Shown here piece by piece: positions 58,546-64,000 of a DNA stretch of 64,000 nt. The notes under the pieces are model-generated. The model was not told the origin of the DNA, made no database searches, and saw nothing but the letters and a program-made list of their open reading frames with translations. Numbering within the stretch: position 1 is the first letter of the stretch; the number at the start of each line of letters is the position of its first letter. Source of the DNA: Capsulimonadaceae bacterium (GTDB taxonomy: Bacteria; Armatimonadota; Armatimonadia; Armatimonadales; Capsulimonadaceae); assembly GCA_965215505.1 (NCBI GenBank), contig OZ244065.1, positions 416,001 through 480,000 on the forward strand, in the 5' to 3' direction. Position numbers and translations under genes: made by a program.

Positions 58546-59109
58546 ATGCAGTCTCTGCGACAAACGATAATTCTATGCCTGATGGGGGCCTCCGTCCTTC
58601 CCCTGCTCGCCGGCTGCGGGGGTGGGGGCGGCGGCAACGGCAACACCGGCGGCGGGGGCACGACCGGGACATCGGGGACGGCCGGCACTTCGGGGACATC
58701 GGGGACGACCGGCCCGCCGCCCGTGACTTCGGTGAGCATCGTCGAACCCAATGGCCTGACCGCCTCGCTTTCTGAGAACGCCGGCAGTATCAGCGTCGGC
58801 GGCAGTGTCACCTACACGCTGACCCTGACCAACACTACTACGGCCGCCGTTTCCATCCATTACAGCGCCGCCGTGCCGACCCAGCCGCCCGCCGGCATCA
58901 TCGTGCGCGACTCGTCCGGCAACCAGGTCCCCGGCTCGGTCCCCGGCCCGCCCCCGCTCGACACGCTCTCGCTCGCGCCGGGGCAGACCCTCACCAGCAC
59001 CCAGACCGTCTCCGGGTACGCCGTAGCCGGGACCTATACCGCCACCGCGACATTCAGCGACGGCCCGGCCTTCGCGACCCTCGCGCCACTCTCCGTCGCC
59101 GTGCAGTAG
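58546..59109 (+). CDS. Lipoprotein with a Gly/Thr linker and an Ig-like domain
   Basis: Lipobox LAGC; VGGSVTYTLTLTNT...LAPGQT...GTYTATATF. Confidence 0.75.
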   Translation: MQSLRQTIILCLMGASVLPLLAGCGGGGGGNGNTGGGGTTGTSGTAGTSGTSGTTGPPPVTSVSIVEPNGLTASLSENAGSISVGGSVTYTLTLTNTTTAAVSIHYSAAVPTQPPAGIIVRDSSGNQVPGSVPGPPPLDTLSLAPGQTLTSTQTVSGYAVAGTYTATATFSDGPAFATLAPLSVAVQ

Positions 59110-59122
59110 GGGTGTGATGAAC

Positions 59123-59229
59123 GGGCGGTTGAAACCGCTGCAACAAGTTCACAAAACCTGCCTTCGCAGGTTAGGTCTTAGTCGCCGAAGGGTGACTTCG
59201 TGCTTTCGTTGCCGCGACTTCAATCGCCC
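59123..59229. repeat. REPIN/MITE-like inverted-repeat element
   Basis: gggcggttgaaaccgctgcaac vs reverse complement of the right end gggcgattgaagtcgcggcaac; internal hairpins aacctgc-cttc-gcaggtt and agtcgcc-gaag-ggtgact. Confidence 0.7.
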
Positions 59230-59255
59230 AGCCTGCTTCTTCTCCCCTTTGTCCT

Positions 59256-59810
59256 CTACCCCTCCCGCTGCGGGCGCTCCCAGATCGTCTCGGGGACGCC
59301 CGCGCGGCTGTTCACCAGCCGCGCCAGCACGAACAGATAGTCGCTCAGGCGGTTCATGTACCGCGCCACTTCCGGGTTGACCGGCTCCGACTGTTCCAAA
59401 GTCACCAGGCACCGCTCCGCCCGGCGGCAGACCGCCCGCGCCTGATGCAAGGCCGCCCCGCCCGGCGAGCCGCCCGGCAGGATGAAATGCCGGAGGGGGG
59501 GAAGCTCGGCCTCGAAGCGGTCGATCTCCGCCTCCAGCCGCGCCGTCGCCTCCGCCTCCAGCCGCCCCGCCGCGTCGCCGCGCGCAAGCGGCGTCGCCAG
59601 GTCCGCCCCGACCTCGAACAGCTCCCCCTGGATGCGCGTCAGGACCGCCCTCGCCTCCGCGTCGCCGACCAAGGTCAGGGCAGACCCCAGGACCGCGTTG
59701 CACTCGTCCACCGTCCCGTAGGTTTCCACGCGCCCCGCGTTCTTCAGGACCCGCTGGCCTCCGTACAGGCTCGTCTCCCCGCCGTCCCCGTCTCTGGTGT
59801 AAATCTTCAT
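59256..59810 (-). CDS. PduO-type cob(I)alamin adenosyltransferase
   Basis: KIYTRDGDGGET, YGTVDE, FILPGG, ARAVCRRAER, YMNRLSDYLF. Confidence 0.93.
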   Translation of the reverse strand: MKIYTRDGDGGETSLYGGQRVLKNAGRVETYGTVDECNAVLGSALTLVGDAEARAVLTRIQGELFEVGADLATPLARGDAAGRLEAEATARLEAEIDRFEAELPPLRHFILPGGSPGGAALHQARAVCRRAERCLVTLEQSEPVNPEVARYMNRLSDYLFVLARLVNSRAGVPETIWERPQREG

Positions 59811-59825
59811 GGGTGAGTCTTCTGT

Positions 59826-61856
59826 CTATTTTACCTGCGCGCCCGGCTGGACGGCGTCCGGGTCGGCCGGGTGGAGGAGGATGGCGTGGCCCTCGGCGTC
59901 GGTGGCGGCCATGAGCATCCCCTGGGACTCCAGCCCGCGCATCTTGCGCGGGGCGAGGTTGGCGACGACGACGATCTTGCGTCCGGGCAGGTCCTCGGGG
60001 GCGTAGGATTCGGCGATGCCGGCCAATATCTGCCGGGGCGTCTCCTCGCCGATGTCCACGGTGAGCTTGAGCAGCTTGGTCGCGCCCTCGATGCGCTCGG
60101 CGGTCTTGATCTCGCCGATCTTGAGCTGGACCTTGGCGAAGTCCTCGATGGTGATGGTGCTGGGCATGGCGGGCTTTGCTTCTGCGGGAGTCGTCGTCTC
60201 GGTCGTCTGTACGGGCGTAGTCTCGGCCATCTTGGGCGTCTTCTCTTTCTTGGGCTTGTCCGCCGGGGGCGGGGCGTCTTTCTTGATCTCGTCCTTCTTG
60301 ATCTCGATGCGCGGGAAGATCGGCTGCGCCTCCTCGGTCTTCAGCCCGCCCGGCAGGCCGCCCCACCGGGTCGCATGCGCCCAGTCCGTCAGGGGCGCGT
60401 CGCCCAGGCCGAGCTGGGTACGGATGAGGCCCGCGACGTGCGGCAGGAGCGGCGTCAGGAGGACGCCGACGATGCGTGTGGCCTCCAGAGCCGCGTAGAG
60501 CGCGTCGGCGACGCCCTGCGCGTCGCCGGCCTTGTTCAGCTTCCAGGGCGCGGTCCGGTCGATGTCGCCGTTGCCGCCCTCCACCAGCTTGATGACATTG
60601 CCCAGCGCGCCGCCGGGGTCGAGGGCGAGCATGGCTCGCTCCACGTCCTGCGTGACCTCGTTTGCGAGTGTCGCCAGTGCGCCGCCTTCGGTGCGGGCGG
60701 CGGACCCCTCGGGGATGATGCCGCCCGCATACTGCGCCAGCATCTTCAGAGTCCGGTTCAGCAGGTTGCCCAGCTTGTTGCACAGCTCGGGGTTGTAACG
60801 CTTCTCGATCAGGTTCTCGACCGAGAACTCGGCGTCGCTCGTGAACGAGATGTCGCGCAGCAGATAGTAGCGCAGGGCGTCCTTGGCGACGGCCGCCGTC
60901 ATGGTGCTGCGCGCGACCAGGGTATCCACGACCTCCTGCGGGGTGGGGATGTTGCCCTTGGACTTGGAACCCTTTTCGCCGTCCACCAGCCACCAGCCGT
61001 GCCCCAGGACCGTCGTCGGCAGGGCGAGGCCCAGGCCCATCAGCATGGCGGGCCAGAGGAGCGCGTGGAAGCGCACATAGATCTCTTTGCCGACCAGGTG
61101 AACGTCGGCGGGCCAGACCGTGTCCCAGGCGGCGTTGCCGGGCCAGCCGGTCGCGGTGAGATAGTTGATGCAGGCGTCGAACCAGACGTAGACGACCTGC
61201 GAGTCGTCGCCCGGCACGGGGATTCCCCAGCCGGTGTTCCGGCGCGAGATGACCACGTCGCGCAGCCCGCCCTTGACAAACGCCAGGACCTCATTGCGGC
61301 GCGTTTCGGGCTGCAAGAACTCGGGGCGGCTCTCAATGTGTTCCAGGAGCCGGTCGCCGTAGGCGGACAGTTTGAAATAGTAATTGTCTTCGGTGACGCG
61401 CTCGACGACCGCCCCGCTCTCCTTCGCCCGCCCGTTTTCTACTTCTGAGTCTAAAAAGAATGTCTCGTCGGCGACCGAGTACCAGCCCTCATACTGACCG
61501 GCGTAGATGTCGCCCTTCGCCTGGAGCCGCCGGAAAACCTCGGCGACGGCGACCTTGTGGCGCGGCTCCGAGGTGCGGATGAAGTCGTCATTGGAGATGT
61601 CAAGATACTGCCAGCAGTCGCGGAACCGCTGCGAAACCTTGTCCGCGAATGCCTGCGTCTCCATGCCCTCTTTGGCGGCGGCGTTCGCGACCTTCTGCGC
61701 GTGTTCGTCCGTGCCGGTCAGGAAGAAGGCCCGGTCGCCGCGCAGGCGGTGGAAGCGGGCCAGGGCGTCGCACAGCAGTGTCGTCGTCGCCGACCCGACG
61801 TGGGGGGCGCTGTTGACGTAGTAGATGGGCGTCGTGATGTAGAAGGTCTTGTCCAT
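59826..61856 (-). CDS. metG: Methionyl-tRNA synthetase with a C-terminal tRNA-binding domain
   Basis: FYITTPIYYVN.APHVG, TGTDEH, YVWFDA, KGSKSKGN, NLAPRKMRGLESQGM. Confidence 0.96.
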   Translation of the reverse strand: MDKTFYITTPIYYVNSAPHVGSATTTLLCDALARFHRLRGDRAFFLTGTDEHAQKVANAAAKEGMETQAFADKVSQRFRDCWQYLDISNDDFIRTSEPRHKVAVAEVFRRLQAKGDIYAGQYEGWYSVADETFFLDSEVENGRAKESGAVVERVTEDNYYFKLSAYGDRLLEHIESRPEFLQPETRRNEVLAFVKGGLRDVVISRRNTGWGIPVPGDDSQVVYVWFDACINYLTATGWPGNAAWDTVWPADVHLVGKEIYVRFHALLWPAMLMGLGLALPTTVLGHGWWLVDGEKGSKSKGNIPTPQEVVDTLVARSTMTAAVAKDALRYYLLRDISFTSDAEFSVENLIEKRYNPELCNKLGNLLNRTLKMLAQYAGGIIPEGSAARTEGGALATLANEVTQDVERAMLALDPGGALGNVIKLVEGGNGDIDRTAPWKLNKAGDAQGVADALYAALEATRIVGVLLTPLLPHVAGLIRTQLGLGDAPLTDWAHATRWGGLPGGLKTEEAQPIFPRIEIKKDEIKKDAPPPADKPKKEKTPKMAETTPVQTTETTTPAEAKPAMPSTITIEDFAKVQLKIGEIKTAERIEGATKLLKLTVDIGEETPRQILAGIAESYAPEDLPGRKIVVVANLAPRKMRGLESQGMLMAATDAEGHAILLHPADPDAVQPGAQVK

Positions 61857-61900
61857 TGGGGCTATGTTACCCGACTTTGCCGCCCCACGGCAACTAAAAA

Positions 61901-61936
61901 GCCCCCCCGTCCCCATTCGAGGGGGACGGGGGGGCC
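61901..61936 (-). terminator. Terminator after the Mn-catalase gene
   Basis: GC-rich hairpin followed on the minus strand by TTTTT. Confidence 0.7.
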
Positions 61937-61954
61937 AGCCAAAGCACGGGCGCT

Positions 61955-62851
61955 CTACATGTTCTTCATCAGGCGGGCGGTGATTTCTTTCATTTCGCCC
62001 ATGTCGAAGGACGGAATGCCGCTCGCGGGGGCGGGATCGAGGTCCGCCAGGGAATGCCCCTGCGGGACCCCTTCGCGCACTTCCAGCGGCTGGCCGTCTT
62101 CGGGGTGGGTGCCGTTGAAGACCGCGCCGATGGTCTTGAAGTCCTCGTCACTGAAGCGGTACAGGGACCGGTGCAGGCCCTTCTCGATGAACTCGCGGCA
62201 CTCGGGAATCTTATCGGTGCGGATGTCCGGGATGGGGAGCATCTTCGGCACGTCCACTCCGGTGATCTTCTCCAGGGCGACCGCGTAGGCGAGCTGGTGG
62301 ACGCCGCCGCGGCAGAGCAGGTAGCCGGTCAGCCGCCGGACGACGGGGTTGGTGCTGCTCTCATAGACGCGGAGTTTGCCCATGCGCGCGCCGCTCTCCA
62401 AAAAGAAGTTGTGCAGCATGTCCAGCACGAGGTTGCCGCTGCTGAAGACGTAGTCTCCGCGCCAGGGTGCCCCCATCGCGTCGGCGGCCAGCGTGCTGTT
62501 GCCGTTGTTGATGAACTGGTGGCGAATGCCGTTGCCCCCGTTCAGCTTGGAAAGCGGCGCGTCGTCAGGGTCCGCCTTGGGCGGCTCGCCGCCGTTCTGG
62601 AGCAGGTTGATGGTGGCGGCGACCAGCTCGACGTGGCCGAACTCTTCCGCCGTGATGCTGGCGACCAGGTCGTAGAACGGGAGGATCTGGTCGCGCCCGC
62701 GCATGTTGAACGACTGGTACATGTAGTTGTTCAGCGTGGACATCTCGCCGAAACGGCCGCCCATCAGCTCCTGCACGACCGCCGCAGCGGCGGGGTCGGG
62801 GTTGACATTCTTCGGCAGATCAACCTGCAATTTGTCGATACGTTTGAACAT
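61955..62851 (-). CDS. Manganese catalase family protein
   Basis: QELMGGRFGEMST, AEEFGHVELV, SGNLVLD, RGGVHQLAY. Confidence 0.93.
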   Translation of the reverse strand: MFKRIDKLQVDLPKNVNPDPAAAAVVQELMGGRFGEMSTLNNYMYQSFNMRGRDQILPFYDLVASITAEEFGHVELVAATINLLQNGGEPPKADPDDAPLSKLNGGNGIRHQFINNGNSTLAADAMGAPWRGDYVFSSGNLVLDMLHNFFLESGARMGKLRVYESSTNPVVRRLTGYLLCRGGVHQLAYAVALEKITGVDVPKMLPIPDIRTDKIPECREFIEKGLHRSLYRFSDEDFKTIGAVFNGTHPEDGQPLEVREGVPQGHSLADLDPAPASGIPSFDMGEMKEITARLMKNM

Positions 62852-62928
62852 CGGGGGAAGTCCTCTCTAGACTATGAGGCATGGACAAGTGGGACAATGG
62901 CCTGGCAGGATTACCAGCATGGCCCGGT

Positions 62929-62954
62929 TTACCCGGATGTATTTTTGCTCTAAC
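62929..62954 (-). promoter_or_regulatory. SigB/SigF-like promoter of the Mn catalase
   Basis: Minus strand GTTAGA-N14-GGGTAA. Confidence 0.55.
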
Positions 62955-63060
62955 GGAGCAGGCGATAAGATTTGCCGGTAGGAGGCCGGATGAGGAAGGG
63001 CCGCGTAGGGATCAATCCCCGCGCGGCCCTCCCATCAGAATCTCTGTCGGCCCATCGCCC

Positions 63061-63300
63061 TCAATCCGCCGCGCAGGCCCCGCCGCAGCAGCCGCCGGGC
63101 GCGCCGCAGTGGAAGGGTCCGGGCATGGCGGAGCGCCCACCGTCCCGGACCACGGCCTGGGCCGTGAGCGAGATCTTGCGGGCGGTCTTGGCCGCGCCGC
63201 ACTGCGGGCAGGTCGTGTCGGGGGCGTCTCGGCGGCTGGCGGGGACGAGCGCCTCGAAGTCGGTGTCACAGGCACGGCAGACGTATTCGTAAAGGGGCAT
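63061..63300 (-). CDS. FmdB-family zinc-ribbon protein
   Basis: MPLYEYVCRAC...FE...CPQCG with a Cys-rich tail. Confidence 0.88.
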   Translation of the reverse strand: MPLYEYVCRACDTDFEALVPASRRDAPDTTCPQCGAAKTARKISLTAQAVVRDGGRSAMPGPFHCGAPGGCCGGACAAD

Positions 63301-63372
63301 GGTCGTGTCTCCAGGGATGCAGTTATGCAATTGTACCCGAAGCAGAACGGTCCGTCGCTCGACAGGGGTGTG

Positions 63373-64000
63373 CTACTGTACAGTGACCGTGAGTGGGGAT
63401 ACCACAGACTTCGGTACACCAGAAGTGGCGGAGTCATAAAAATTGCCACCGACGGTGAACTTGTCCCCGTTGCTTAGACCCGCGACGGTCGAGAGGATGT
63501 TCCTGCTGGAACCCCCACCAGCGCCAAAGGACGCGCTCGTAGATTGGAAATTGGCGACCTTTGTGATCCCGTAGGTGGAGGGCAACCCCATCATCGGGGA
63601 AATTGGGTCGAAGGTGACATCCACGCTGCGCGACTGCGACCCGTTCACATAGGTCGCGGTGAGTGAGTAAGTGGCCTGATGGCCTGCGGTGATGATCGCC
63701 GGGCCGGAGATGGCCAAGGAGTTCGCCACATAAGTCCATCCGGTCGGGGCCGTATAAGCCTCCACCGGCGTCAGCAGGCCCAGCGGCAGGACGTTCGCGG
63801 CCAGGATGACCGCCACCCCGCCGGAGAGGGCCAGCCGGCCCGCCCGGCGCAGGGCCGGAGGAACACGCACGGCGGCGGGTTCCGGCTCCTCGCCGCGCGC
63901 CGCCGCAAGACCGACGCCCAGCAGCGCCCAGAACAGGAGGGACGCCTCGGGGAACTGCCAGGAGGGGCTGGCGAGGGCGTCCACGGCCTGCCCCGCGACG
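63373..64000 (-). CDS. C-terminal part of a membrane protein (O-antigen-ligase-like end) with an extra exported domain; partial
   Basis: VAGQAVDALASPSWQFPEASLLFWALLGVG, then a signal-like segment and a beta-rich tail; the frame is open to the window end. Confidence 0.5.
   Translation of the reverse strand, partial: VAGQAVDALASPSWQFPEASLLFWALLGVGLAAARGEEPEPAAVRVPPALRRAGRLALSGGVAVILAANVLPLGLLTPVEAYTAPTGWTYVANSLAISGPAIITAGHQATYSLTATYVNGSQSRSVDVTFDPISPMMGLPSTYGITKVANFQSTSASFGAGGGSSRNILSTVAGLSNGDKFTVGGNFYDSATSGVPKSVVSPLTVTVQ

Overview
High-GC bacterial chromosome segment. The gene mix (AMIN amidase and an outer-membrane beta-barrel alongside Terrabacteria-type murI-rph-rdgB, GerMN and ytxG/ytxH-like genes, several Uma2 paralogs, a SARP-STAND-TPR regulator) suggests an Armatimonadota-like diderm; this is inference only. 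The backbone is housekeeping: sucC/sucD, pdp, an adenylate-kinase-family gene, ssrA (tmRNA), murI, rph, rdgB, hflX, recD2, radC, queG, tkt, bcp, metG. Small accessory insertions interrupt it: an apparently complete IS630 with a -1 frameshift, a 442-aa LAGLIDADG intein in RecD2, a DUF1778/GNAT toxin-antitoxin pair plus an HNH gene, a standalone HsdR-N nuclease with a SeqA-like tail, an orphan ADP-ribosyltransferase-like toxin with a probable immunity gene, a two-gene deletion junction and a REPIN-like element. The best candidates for new biology are (i) an attenuator leader plus ANTAR regulator plus porin unit, (ii) the HsdR-N/SeqA-like putative modification-dependent nuclease, (iii) the ART-toxin pair placed between a promoter and tkt, (iv) SigB-like promoters on stress genes, and (v) a chain of two 5-codon uORFs on a leaderless sugar-nucleotide operon. 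All family assignments come from motif recognition by eye; no database searches were run.
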